Below are positions 38,420 through 48,415 of a stretch of DNA of 64,000 nucleotides, piece after piece. The position numbers and the translations under genes are program-made. The notes beneath the pieces were generated by a model. The model did not search any database. It was not told where the DNA came from and saw nothing but the letters and a program-made list of their open reading frames with translations. This DNA is from a virus (taxonomy: Duplodnaviria > Heunggongvirae > Uroviricota > Caudoviricetes): positions 58,552-122,551 of the IMG/VR virus record IMGVR_UViG_3300027963_000034; one strand, given 5' to 3'. The stretch's first letter is position 1. The number at the start of each line of letters is the position of its first letter.

Positions 38420-40147
38420 TTACTTATATGTTGGAGAGAAATAATTATATACTTGTGTTACTGCTGTCGAATTTTGTAATGTATTATAAAACAACACTGG
38501 TCCTATTTGTCCATTCCAAAATGTTGTTCTTGCACTATTACTTCCTATTGTTAAATAGTTAGTAGATGATGGTGCCGTAAATGCTGCTGCTGTAAATGTT
38601 CCTACCGATGTTCCGTCTACATAAACTGTTACAGTTCCTGATGGTTGGAATGTTGCTGAAATCATATACCAAACGTTTGCTGATAATGATGTTGTCAATT
38701 GTGCACTATTACCCAATGTACTACCATAGAATTTTACTCTATTTAAAGTAGAACTATCAGATGATTCAATTGCTAAACCATAAAACCCTGCATAGTCAAA
38801 AATATGTCTTGTAGTTGTACCTAATGTTGTAGTAGGTCTAACCCACATATGAATCGTACCGGTATTAGTATTGAATTGAGAAATTCCACCATTGATATTT
38901 GTAGTAGTATCTTTATACCAGAATTGGTTTGTACCATTTGCTGCAAAGTATTTATCCTTTTTAGTTGCCCCTGCATTATATACCGGATTACCACCTGTGA
39001 TACTTGCTGCGTTTGCAACACCTGCAGGTCTTATACCTGTATTATATCCTGAAAGGTCTAACAAATCTGCCGTATCTGCTGATTGGTATGATGATGCTTT
39101 ACCTGGGTCTACATACATTCTTAATCCAGACGATGGGATATAAGGTTGAGTTGTTGTACCTTTATTATGTGATATAGTGCCATTTGCTAAATAAACGTCA
39201 AAATTTTCAACATTTAGAGTTGCAATTTCAACATCTTCATTTACTATTTCTATATTATAAACTTCAATTTCTTGAACACCATCAAAATCATCATATTTAA
39301 CAATTTTATCAGCAGGTAATATATCTTCTGCTAATTTAAATCTATATTTTTCAATTTCAGCATCCCATACCCAAATAGGATGTGTTCCTGTTGCTTTTAT
39401 TAAACCATCATTAATTGAAAAATATCCACTTGCAAAGTTAAATACTATATCAGAAACCACCACTTCTTGATAAGAACCCGCATTAGTATCTAACATATGA
39501 AATCTCCACTCTACATTTTCACTATCAATTGATTGTGATTCGTCTGGTAAATTATCAGGAACCCATGCTTTAATAGTATCTCCAACATTTAAATCTTCAA
39601 CATTTACTTCCGTATCATTTGTTAATTGTATTTTTGTACCAAATAATAAACAGAAATCAGGTTGGTTGATTGTATTATAAACATCTACTGCATATAATAC
39701 TTTTGTACTTACACTACCATAGTTTGTTGCATTAATATTAAATCCATCTTCATATTTCATTGTCAATGTAGATTGAGCTTCTGAATATGTAGTTGTACCA
39801 ACAGCTGCCGGTGTTATAGGAAATAATGTAGGACCAGTTGCTACCGATTTACTACCTGTTGAAAAGTTTGCATTATCAAATGAGCAAGTATAGTTATTAT
39901 ATTGTTGTTGTACTTTAGAATAAAATAAAGAACCGGTTGAACTAAACAAAAATTGTCCGTTTTCAGTTGTACTCTCCACTATATATGTGTATGTCGGTGG
40001 TGAGACAGTGATAGTGTCAGTTGCAAAAGATAATAGTGAACCATTTGTAGTTTGTCCACCTAATCCACCAATTGAAACTGCTCCTGCTCTCGCAGAACCA
40101 CTTACTGCTCTATATAAGTTACCTAAAGATAAATTTGTTCTTGCCAT
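38420..40147 (-). CDS. Virion-associated protein: N-domain + Hint domain + LamG/ConA-like domain
   Basis: Hint from CLLFGTKI (C166), T.THP, to YLANG.ISHN (N328); C-terminal WYMISATF..VYVDG..IG..WNGQIG..FYN LamG pattern. Confidence 0.85.
   Translation of the reverse strand: MARTNLSLGNLYRAVSGSARAGAVSIGGLGGQTTNGSLLSFATDTITVSPPTYTYIVESTTENGQFLFSSTGSLFYSKVQQQYNNYTCSFDNANFSTGSKSVATGPTLFPITPAAVGTTTYSEAQSTLTMKYEDGFNINATNYGSVSTKVLYAVDVYNTINQPDFCLLFGTKIQLTNDTEVNVEDLNVGDTIKAWVPDNLPDESQSIDSENVEWRFHMLDTNAGSYQEVVVSDIVFNFASGYFSINDGLIKATGTHPIWVWDAEIEKYRFKLAEDILPADKIVKYDDFDGVQEIEVYNIEIVNEDVEIATLNVENFDVYLANGTISHNKGTTTQPYIPSSGLRMYVDPGKASSYQSADTADLLDLSGYNTGIRPAGVANAASITGGNPVYNAGATKKDKYFAANGTNQFWYKDTTTNINGGISQFNTNTGTIHMWVRPTTTLGTTTRHIFDYAGFYGLAIESSDSSTLNRVKFYGSTLGNSAQLTTSLSANVWYMISATFQPSGTVTVYVDGTSVGTFTAAAFTAPSSTNYLTIGSNSARTTFWNGQIGPVLFYNTLQNSTAVTQVYNYFSPTYK
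39164..39652 (-). other. Hint (intein-like) autoprocessing domain, no homing endonuclease
   Basis: 163 aa; Cys1, TxxH block B, terminal His-Asn followed by Lys. Confidence 0.85.
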
Positions 40148-40158
40148 TGTATAAAGTG

Positions 40159-41157
40159 TTATTCTCCGTTATAAATATCTAAAAGTTTGTCTTTCCACAC
40201 TTCTTTATTAGAAAAGTGTCCAATCATCCATTTTTTTAATTTTTTAAACTCCTGATTACGGGTTTTGTAATCATCTTTACAAATCGTTTCGTAGGTCTTT
40301 TTAAATGTTTCCTTGTCAATCGCTTTGTATTTATAATCAAGTGGGTCGTGCCACTTTTCATGTAATATCGGTAGTTTACCCCAATCAACTGCTTCAAATA
40401 TTCCATATCCGAAGGGCTCATATTCAAAGCAAGAGTGAGATATTCCCCAATCAAGTCCATAGAACCTTTCTTTATATTTATAATCAAATTTGTAAACTTT
40501 CCCTTTTTCGAATGTGTATCCATATTTTTTTTTATAATATTTGTTAAAAGTATCCGAATTGGTAAATATATAACTTTCCAATTCATTTATATATTCTACA
40601 TTTTTTCTTCCTTCTGCTCTTGCAGCAAATCCAACTTTTGTAGAATCAATTAACTCTTTATTATTTTTAAATTCGTAAGTATTTGGTATGTGATGCAAAT
40701 TTTCCGTTTGATATGGAAAATGATACAATCCAACCCAAATTTTATTTTTAATTTTATTTATTAATTCCGTTTCCCATTCCCAATTTCCATACCAATGTAA
40801 ATATTCATCTTTTTCCATTTGGGATAACATAGATACTTTTGTCAAATTGTGAAATACAATTGAATCAATTTTATCTAAATTATTATGAATAGCGGTAGTT
40901 GGGGTATAATGACCGTGCAATATATGAATTTTTCTTGCACCTTTTAAAATTTCATCAATTTTTAATTCGTTGGTTTCCCAAATATTTTCAATATTAATTG
41001 GAAATTCTTCATAATTATCTGGTTTCTTTCTATGGAAAAGTAGAAGTGGCTTGACTTTTAAATCAGGTGCCACTTCTTTTATCCAATTAGTTACCCATAT
41101 ATCAGCTCCGCTATTGAACCAGGGTCCTCCTGCGGTAGTGTAGTATACATCGTACAT
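40159..41157 (-). CDS. GT-B (GT4-like) glycosyltransferase
   Basis: N-terminal SGAD.W, R...RK, and EPFGYGIFEA (EX7E) nucleotide-sugar motif. Confidence 0.8.
   Translation of the reverse strand: MYDVYYTTAGGPWFNSGADIWVTNWIKEVAPDLKVKPLLLFHRKKPDNYEEFPINIENIWETNELKIDEILKGARKIHILHGHYTPTTAIHNNLDKIDSIVFHNLTKVSMLSQMEKDEYLHWYGNWEWETELINKIKNKIWVGLYHFPYQTENLHHIPNTYEFKNNKELIDSTKVGFAARAEGRKNVEYINELESYIFTNSDTFNKYYKKKYGYTFEKGKVYKFDYKYKERFYGLDWGISHSCFEYEPFGYGIFEAVDWGKLPILHEKWHDPLDYKYKAIDKETFKKTYETICKDDYKTRNQEFKKLKKWMIGHFSNKEVWKDKLLDIYNGE
40170..40179 (-). promoter_or_regulatory. Late-promoter-like motif GATATTTATA
   Basis: Inside the GT 3' end, 22 nt upstream of the ATG at 40147. Confidence 0.55.
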
Positions 41158-41178
41158 TTATTATAAACCTTTTGAATA

Positions 41179-44025
41179 TTATTTAGATTTGCAATTATCA
41201 CATTTACATTCGTAATTATCTAAATCCATTCTTAATTTTTCAATTTGTGTTTGTTGTTCTTTAATACCTTCAATTAATAATGCTACCAATTTGTCGTATT
41301 TAACTGCTTTATATCCTGTTTCTCTTGTTGTTACCAATTGTGGTAATATTGCTTCAATTTCTTGTGCAATAACACCGACATCGTTTCCTTCAAAACCATG
41401 GAACTCTTTCATATCTGTTTTCCAATCATAAGTGTTACCACTAATCATTTTGATTTTTTCAATTGGATTTTCGATTGGAGTAATATTCTCTTTAAAGTTT
41501 ATATCCGATGTAGAGTATGCTACAACATCACCACTTGCGTCAATTCTACCTGCAGTTGCCGATGCTGCCATACCAATACCCAATGAGTTATGTCTAACAT
41601 CCGATGTAGTTAATAAGTTTTGGTTAATAACTGTACCATATCCAGTTGTTGAACTCAATGTTACTTGAGATGAACCAGATACTAAGTTTGCAATTGTAAT
41701 ATCAGCTGAGCCATTGAATGATGTTCCGTTGATTGTTCTTGCAGTTGCTAATGTAGTTGCGGTTGATGCGTTACCGGTTAATGCTCCTGTGAATCCAGTT
41801 GAACTTACTGACGTTAATCCTGCTATTGTTGTTGCAGTTCCACCCAATGCAATTGCAGTTGAACCAACTGTCACTGTATTAGTAGTGATTGCGGAACCAA
41901 CTACTTGAGATGAACCTGAGAATATTGTTTTAGCTGCCGTTGCTCTACCTTCGTATGTTGTTGCTAAAGATGCAGTTGTTAAGTTAATACTTGCAGTACT
42001 TTCTTCAATTCTTGTTAATCTCGTATTTTGAGTTGTGTTAGTAGTATCATTTGAACCTGTGTAAGTTGCTAATGTACTCCATTTAGTATCAATCGATGCA
42101 GTATAAGCTGCTAAAGTTGAAAACTTAGTTTCAAATGAACCAGTTTTAGTATTGATATCTGCAACATGTCCGTTAAATGAAGCCGTAGTTAAATTAATAC
42201 TTGCAGTTGATTCTTCAACTCTATTTAATCTTGTATTTTGTGTAGTATTGGTGGTATCGTTTGAACCTGTATAAGTTGCCAATGTACTCCATTTAGTATC
42301 AACCGATGCAGTATACGTTCCTAATGTACTAAATTTGGTATCAATACTTGCAGTATAAGTTGCTAAAGTTGAAAATTTAGTTTCAAATGAACCAGTCTTA
42401 GTATTGATGTCTGCAATATGTCCGTTGAATGAAGCCGTAGTTAAATTTAAACTTGCAGTTGACTCCTGTATTCTACTAATTTGAGTTGTAGTAGAAGCAG
42501 TTAGAGTTTGAAGAGTAGAGAATTTAGTATCAATACTTGCAGTATATGTTTGTAAAGTACTAAACTTTGTATCGACACTTGCAGTATATGTTTGTAATGT
42601 ACTATCTTTAACCAATTGAGATGAACTGAATGTATTTAAACTTGCAGTACTTTCTTCAATTCTTGTTAATCTTGTATTTTGAGTTGTGTTTGTTGTATCA
42701 TTTGAACCTGTATAGGTATTTAATGAACTTAATATTCCAACTACTTGTGATGAACCTGATACAACACCATTAGTTGCGTTTATTGTACCATTATATGATG
42801 TTGCAGTTGATGAACCTATTAAAGTAAATGAGCCACTTATTTGTACCGAACCTGTAAATGAATGTGTATCATTACCAAAGTCACCAAATGTATTTGAACC
42901 ACTACTAAATAAAACACTTGCAGTTTCGTTAACAGTTGTTAAATTTGTTACTGTTAAGTTTGTAATTGTTGTATTATTTAATTGTGCAGAAGAACTTATA
43001 ATTCCTCTACCTTGTGTCTCAAAAGAACCTGTTAAATTTTGTAAAGTTGAAAATTTAGTTTCAAATGAACCTGTTTTAGTATTGATATCTACAATGTGTC
43101 CTGAAACTGATGCAGTGTAAGTTGCTAAAGTTGTATTCTTAGTTTCTAATGAACCTGTTTTAGTATTGATATCTACAATGTGTCCTGAAACTGATGCGGT
43201 ATAAGTTGCTAAAGTTGTATTCTTAGTATCTTGAGATGCTGTGTATAAATTTAAACTTGCAGTTGATTCTTGTAATCTACTAACTTGTGCCGTCATTGAA
43301 GCGGTTAAAGTTTGAAGAGTTGAAAATTTAGTATCAATCGATGCAGTATATAATCCTAATGTACTATTTTTAGTATTTTCCGATGCACTAAATGCGTTTA
43401 AACTTGCAGTGCTTTCTTCTAATCTACTCAATCTTGTATTTTGAGTTGTATTAGTAGTATCATTTGAACCAGTATAAGTATTTAGAGAACTCAATATACT
43501 AACTACTTGTGCAGAACCCGAAACTGTACCCGTTGGTAAATTTGCAATAGTTTGAGTTGAACCCGATACAACACCAGGTGCTGCTGAGTTCAAATAATTT
43601 ATAGTTTGAGATGAACCACTTACTACTCCGTTAGTTGCATTTATAGTACCATATATATTTGTACCATGAATTGCTCTATATCTAAATGATGTACTACCTA
43701 AATCAAATGAGTTATCGTTATTTGGAATTATAGATGAACTTAAATCAGCATTTACAACTACATTATCCGAAGAATTATCACCGATTGTGATTGTACCACC
43801 CAATGTTAAATTACCATCAATTTTTGCATTTCCGGTAATGTCTATTGAAGAACCCGATATACCAGAGAACGAACCCGCACTTCCTGTTCCTGATGCTCCC
43901 AATGTAATATCTCCTGTTAATCCACCGATTTGTAATGTCCCTAAGTCTGTATTTACATACGGTTCTCCAAATGCTAACGAACCAGATTTTTGTGCGTTCG
44001 TACCACGTCTAAATTTAAGTCCCAT
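41179..44025 (-). CDS. Tail fibre-like protein with C-terminal peptidase S74 intramolecular chaperone
   Basis: N-terminal KFRRG..L..GE domain, 7/14-aa coiled-coil modules, SD..FKENI..YDW..GVIAQE..V.Y.KL..LLIE.IKE. Confidence 0.88.
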   Translation of the reverse strand: MGLKFRRGTNAQKSGSLAFGEPYVNTDLGTLQIGGLTGDITLGASGTGSAGSFSGISGSSIDITGNAKIDGNLTLGGTITIGDNSSDNVVVNADLSSSIIPNNDNSFDLGSTSFRYRAIHGTNIYGTINATNGVVSGSSQTINYLNSAAPGVVSGSTQTIANLPTGTVSGSAQVVSILSSLNTYTGSNDTTNTTQNTRLSRLEESTASLNAFSASENTKNSTLGLYTASIDTKFSTLQTLTASMTAQVSRLQESTASLNLYTASQDTKNTTLATYTASVSGHIVDINTKTGSLETKNTTLATYTASVSGHIVDINTKTGSFETKFSTLQNLTGSFETQGRGIISSSAQLNNTTITNLTVTNLTTVNETASVLFSSGSNTFGDFGNDTHSFTGSVQISGSFTLIGSSTATSYNGTINATNGVVSGSSQVVGILSSLNTYTGSNDTTNTTQNTRLTRIEESTASLNTFSSSQLVKDSTLQTYTASVDTKFSTLQTYTASIDTKFSTLQTLTASTTTQISRIQESTASLNLTTASFNGHIADINTKTGSFETKFSTLATYTASIDTKFSTLGTYTASVDTKWSTLATYTGSNDTTNTTQNTRLNRVEESTASINLTTASFNGHVADINTKTGSFETKFSTLAAYTASIDTKWSTLATYTGSNDTTNTTQNTRLTRIEESTASINLTTASLATTYEGRATAAKTIFSGSSQVVGSAITTNTVTVGSTAIALGGTATTIAGLTSVSSTGFTGALTGNASTATTLATARTINGTSFNGSADITIANLVSGSSQVTLSSTTGYGTVINQNLLTTSDVRHNSLGIGMAASATAGRIDASGDVVAYSTSDINFKENITPIENPIEKIKMISGNTYDWKTDMKEFHGFEGNDVGVIAQEIEAILPQLVTTRETGYKAVKYDKLVALLIEGIKEQQTQIEKLRMDLDNYECKCDNCKSK
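43064..43227. repeat. Near-perfect 84-bp tandem duplication in fibre gene
   Basis: Encodes TKNTTLATYTASVSGHIVDINTKTGS twice. Confidence 0.8.
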
Positions 44026-44076
44026 TTTAGTTTACTCTTTTTTTTAGTTTAAAGTATAAGAAATTACTTATACCCC

Positions 44077-44086
44077 TATAAATATC
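44077..44086 (-). promoter_or_regulatory. Late-promoter-like motif GATATTTATA followed by hairpin (44054-44073)
   Basis: Motif plus GTATAAG/CTTATAC inverted repeat. Confidence 0.6.
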
Positions 44087-46899
44087 TATTTGTTTTCTAA
44101 ATCCTTTACTTTTGCTGATAATTCTTTTATTGCTTCTATTAATACTGGTACTAATTTAATATAATCGACTGCCAAATATCCATTATCTCTTTCAGTTACA
44201 ACTTCAGGTAATACCGATTGAACTTCTTGTGCAATTATACCTAAATCGCTTCCTTTATGAGAATGTATTTCTTCAAATCCTTCTTTCCAATCATAAGTGT
44301 TACCGGTAATTAATTCAATTTTGGATAAAGCATTAACTATTGGTTGAATATTTTCTTTCAATCTTTCGTCAGAAGAATAATATGCAGTAATATCACCCCA
44401 TGCTCTAATTTCTCCACTTGCTCCACTTGCTGCCCCTCCAACTCCAATTGAACCAAATTGTACATTTGATGTTGTTGCTACTGCTTGTGCAATTGAAATC
44501 GTTGCATTTGAACCTTCTCCAGGAGTATGTGAAATCGTAACACCAGTACCTTGAGTCAAATCACTCATATAGTTACCAGTTGTATCGACTCCCAATGCTA
44601 CTGAATTTGCTTGAATCGTTGCAACACCATTTGTTGTAATTGCTATATCACCACTAATTGTAGTAAATATTGAACCAGAAACTTGTGAAGAACCGGAAAC
44701 TACTCCTACTGGCATTTGAGCTGAGCCGCTCCAAACTCCACTTCCACCTAATATTTGAGAACTACCACTAACTATTCCTCTACCTTTTGTTTCATAGGAT
44801 GAACTAGCTGCATTTAGGTTAGAAACTGAAATATTTAAACTTGCAGTTGTTGATTCTAAATTAGTTAATCTAATTGCATTTGAACCTGTAAGAGTTGATA
44901 ATGTGGTAAATTTAGTTTCAAATGAACCTGTTTTAATATTGATATCCGCAATATGCCCGTTTATACTCGCAGTATACAAATGTATTGAAGAAGTCCAAGC
45001 ATTTATATTAGTTAAGTGGCCACTTATTGAGTTAGGGTCAACCGATGTTTGTAATGTTAGAAAATCACTTCTTAATTGGGTAAATGATGCAGTAAGTTGT
45101 GATGATGAAATAAATAAACTTGCCGTTGCATTATTTAATGATGCGGTTACACTTTGTAATGTTGTAAATTTAGTATTTACCGATGATGTCCAAATGTTGA
45201 TATCAGCAACATGTCCGTTTATACTTGCAGAAAATGTATTCAATGAAGCAGTTGCGGTGTTAAATGATGCCGTTACACTTTGAATAAGTGTAAATTTATT
45301 TTCAAAAGAACCGGTCTTGGTATTGATATCTACAATGTGTCCTGAAACTGATGCCGTATATGATGCAATTGTTGAATTCTTTGTTTCTTGTGATGCGGTA
45401 AATAAATTTAAACTTGCAGTCGATTCTTGTAATCTACTAACTTGTGCTGCCATTGAAGCAGTTAAAGTTTGAAGAGTTGAATTTTTTGTCTCTTGTGATG
45501 CGGTAAATAAATTTAAACTCGCAGTACTTTCTTGTAATCTACTAATTTGAGATTGAACCGATGCAGTTAAAGTTTGAAGAGTTGAATTTTTAACATCTAA
45601 ACTTGCTGTATATAATCCTAATGTACTAAATTTAGTTTCAAAAGAACCAGTTTTAGTATTGATATCAGAAATGTGTCCTAATGTACTTGCACTAAATGTA
45701 TTTAAAGAAAGTAAAGAACCACTCATTACATCCATACCACCAGCAGTCAATATTTGAGATTCGGAATTTAATTTTCCTACTTTCCAATAATCGGTAGTTA
45801 CATCCCAAAGTAAAGAACCAGAAGTAGTTGATGCACCGGTTGAATCTCTTACTACCAAACCACCATCATTAGTTCCTGCAGCACTCAATGCTATAACATT
45901 ATCTGCAATATTTAGTGTTGTCGAATCAACAACAGTTTGAGTACCTTGTACATATAAATTACCCTTAATTGTAGTAGTTGATGCTGCACCCACACCTGCA
46001 ACTGTTATTGCATCTTTTAAAGATTGTGTATATGATAAAATTGACGAAGTTACATTTTGTAAAGTCAACCATTTAGTTTCAAAAGAACCAGTTTTTGTAT
46101 TGATGTCAGAAATGTGTTCATTAACACTTGCACTAAATATATTTAAACTTGCCGTACTTTCTTCTAATCTACTTAATCTATTTGATGTAGAAGATGTATA
46201 TGAATTTAAACTTGCAGTTGATTCTTCAATTCTTGTAAATCTATTTGAATTAGATGCAGTTAATGATTGTAAAGTTGTAAATTTAGCATCAATACTTGCA
46301 GTATATGTTTGTAATGTACTATCTTTTGTATTTTGAGATGCACTAAACGCGTTTAAAGATGATGTACTTTCTTCTAATCTATTTAATCTATTTGAGTTGG
46401 ATGCAGTTAATGATTGTAAAGTTGTAAATTTACTATCAATACTTGCAGTGTATACCGCTAATGTACTATTTTTTGTATTTTGAGAAGATGTAAAATCGTT
46501 CAATGAACTTAATACACTAATAAATTGTGCAGAGCCTGATATAACTCCGTTTGATGCTGATATTGCTCCCCAAACTGCATTACCATAAATGTTTCTATAT
46601 GTTCTATTGCTTGCACCTAAGTCATATGTACTACCACTATCTGGAATAATTGATGAACTCAAATCTGCATTAAAAACAACACTATCCGAAGTAGTATCAC
46701 CAATTGTAATAGTTCCACCAATTGTTATATCACCTGTTACATTAAAATTACCAACATTTGGCTCATTTAATTTTGCCATTGTAACTACGGATGAACCACT
46801 ACCAATTTGTAACGAACCAGATGTTTGATGTAAATATAATTCACCATCAGTTAGTGAAACATTGGATGTACCTCTCCTTATTTGAAATATAGCTGCCAT
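44086..46899 (-). CDS. Tail fibre-like protein with C-terminal peptidase S74 chaperone
   Basis: QIRRG..L..GE N-domain, coiled-coil modules, SDERLKENI, GIIAQE, VDY.KL. Confidence 0.88.
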   Translation of the reverse strand: MAAIFQIRRGTSNVSLTDGELYLHQTSGSLQIGSGSSVVTMAKLNEPNVGNFNVTGDITIGGTITIGDTTSDSVVFNADLSSSIIPDSGSTYDLGASNRTYRNIYGNAVWGAISASNGVISGSAQFISVLSSLNDFTSSQNTKNSTLAVYTASIDSKFTTLQSLTASNSNRLNRLEESTSSLNAFSASQNTKDSTLQTYTASIDAKFTTLQSLTASNSNRFTRIEESTASLNSYTSSTSNRLSRLEESTASLNIFSASVNEHISDINTKTGSFETKWLTLQNVTSSILSYTQSLKDAITVAGVGAASTTTIKGNLYVQGTQTVVDSTTLNIADNVIALSAAGTNDGGLVVRDSTGASTTSGSLLWDVTTDYWKVGKLNSESQILTAGGMDVMSGSLLSLNTFSASTLGHISDINTKTGSFETKFSTLGLYTASLDVKNSTLQTLTASVQSQISRLQESTASLNLFTASQETKNSTLQTLTASMAAQVSRLQESTASLNLFTASQETKNSTIASYTASVSGHIVDINTKTGSFENKFTLIQSVTASFNTATASLNTFSASINGHVADINIWTSSVNTKFTTLQSVTASLNNATASLFISSSQLTASFTQLRSDFLTLQTSVDPNSISGHLTNINAWTSSIHLYTASINGHIADINIKTGSFETKFTTLSTLTGSNAIRLTNLESTTASLNISVSNLNAASSSYETKGRGIVSGSSQILGGSGVWSGSAQMPVGVVSGSSQVSGSIFTTISGDIAITTNGVATIQANSVALGVDTTGNYMSDLTQGTGVTISHTPGEGSNATISIAQAVATTSNVQFGSIGVGGAASGASGEIRAWGDITAYYSSDERLKENIQPIVNALSKIELITGNTYDWKEGFEEIHSHKGSDLGIIAQEVQSVLPEVVTERDNGYLAVDYIKLVPVLIEAIKELSAKVKDLENK

Positions 46900-46919
46900 T
46901 TATTATCTTTTCTGTTTGT

Positions 46920-46929
46920 TATAAATATC
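46920..46929 (-). promoter_or_regulatory. Late-promoter-like motif GATATTTATA
   Basis: 20 nt upstream of the ATG at 46899. Confidence 0.65.
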
Positions 46930-47763
46930 TTAAATATTAAAATCTAAATCACCTGCGGTGTTTATGTATTTTGCTAAGTGCATATAGTTGGATGTTATAC
47001 TACCGGTTGTTACCCACATTGCCGATGAACTTACCGATAATCGTGTTATATTTGATATTTTTACATCAAAAGAACCAGTTTGTGCTAATCCATATGTATT
47101 TGAGGTACTATCCGTTATATAGTTTACAGTCCCTGCTGCATTTGGGTCTAAGTTAAAATCGTAAGTGTTTGGTCCAGGTGCTATTCCGACTTGAGAACCA
47201 TTTACATAAAAAGACCCCGTTACTTGTACTGACCCTGTAAATTGGTGCGTATCATCTCCGGTATCTCCAAATTTATTAGAACCCGAAGTATACATAACAG
47301 ATGATGAAATTATACCAATATTAAATTGTCTTGCATTAATTGAACCCAATACGGTTACATCACCACTTACTCCTAATGAGCCAGTTATTTGTTGATTATT
47401 TTTAAATGAATTTGAACCTGTTGTTGCGTATGAACCAGTTAAATTACCTAATATGGTAGATTTATTATCTTCGGATGCACTGAATGCGTTTAATGAACTT
47501 AATATTCCAATGATTTGAGATGAACCCGAAACTACACCATTGGTTGCTGCGATGGATGCTGTAATTGCACCCGTTAAGAATATGGAACCCGTATTAACTA
47601 CGTTTGTTGTTATTACTTCTTGGACTGTATCTGTCGAACCTGAACGTCTAAGATATATCTTACCATCGTAAGTATTTATTGCTAATTCTCCTAAATTAAG
47701 AGAACCCGTACCAGGTACCTTACCCGATAACGAAGAACGTTTGAGTTGAACAATTTGTGCCAT
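46930..47763 (-). CDS. Short fibre/appendage protein (Mtd-N/hyaluronidase-N-like N-terminus)
   Basis: QLKRS....VP...L.LGELAINTYDGK; SGSNKFGD..DD.H.FTGS segment shared with 41179..44025. Confidence 0.7.
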   Translation of the reverse strand: MAQIVQLKRSSLSGKVPGTGSLNLGELAINTYDGKIYLRRSGSTDTVQEVITTNVVNTGSIFLTGAITASIAATNGVVSGSSQIIGILSSLNAFSASEDNKSTILGNLTGSYATTGSNSFKNNQQITGSLGVSGDVTVLGSINARQFNIGIISSSVMYTSGSNKFGDTGDDTHQFTGSVQVTGSFYVNGSQVGIAPGPNTYDFNLDPNAAGTVNYITDSTSNTYGLAQTGSFDVKISNITRLSVSSSAMWVTTGSITSNYMHLAKYINTAGDLDFNI

Positions 47764-47825
47764 TTGGCTAAGTCTTTAAAGTTATCTAACAAAAATGTAG
47801 TATATACTACAAACATAAATATACT

Positions 47826-47857
47826 ATAAAAAGAAAAACCCCTACTATGAGGGGTTT
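47826..47857 (-). terminator. Intrinsic terminator
   Basis: AAACCCCT/AGGGGTTT stem with a U-rich tail on the minus strand. Confidence 0.8.
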
Positions 47858-47878
47858 AACTATAATTATTTTAAAATA

Positions 47879-48388
47879 TTAAAATTCTGTACCTTCTAAT
47901 GCTGATTCTATATCTGTCAATCTTGTTGCTACCGAACCACTAAATGCTAAAACATCACCAATTCCGTATAAAGTTGTACTACTTGTTGTAAATGTTCCAA
48001 ATGGTACATCATTATATCTTAATTCAATCGAACCGGTAGTAGATGCAACTTTATAAAGAGAACCACTAGCTTGTATATATCCAATTGTTCCTGCGAATGG
48101 TTCAGAGTTGAAATCAAAGTCATCAGGTCTCATCGATGCGGTAACACCTGTTAATCCCTGGCCACTACCAACAAAATTTGCCGCAGTTACATTTCCGGTT
48201 ACTCTAATTGAACCCGATGTTGTTGAACCCGCAACTACAAATTCTACAACTTCATCCGTAGAACCCGATTTGTGCATAAAGGCTTTACCATCATAGGTAT
48301 TCAGTGCCAATTCACCTAAGTCAATCGATGCAGTTGTTGGTATTGAACCCGATACTCCGGAGCGTTTTAAAAGTATTTTTTGTGCCAT
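47879..48388 (-). CDS. Short fibre/appendage protein, paralogue of 46930..47763
   Basis: LLKRS...IP....LGELALNTYDGK; shared DFN..P.AGT. Confidence 0.7.
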   Translation of the reverse strand: MAQKILLKRSGVSGSIPTTASIDLGELALNTYDGKAFMHKSGSTDEVVEFVVAGSTTSGSIRVTGNVTAANFVGSGQGLTGVTASMRPDDFDFNSEPFAGTIGYIQASGSLYKVASTTGSIELRYNDVPFGTFTTSSTTLYGIGDVLAFSGSVATRLTDIESALEGTEF

Positions 48389-48415
48389 TATTTATTTTTC
48401 TTTATATATTTTTTA

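Noticed and set aside
39164-39652. Canonical mobile intein
   Set aside because: The +1 residue is Lys, there is no homing endonuclease, and the host protein is not a conserved enzyme; treated as an autoprocessing Hint domain
11879-40586. Nested minus-strand alternative-frame ORFs (11879..12178, 22323..22505, 38821..39021, 40236..40586)
   Set aside because: Each lies wholly inside a conserved gene and has no motifs or initiation signals
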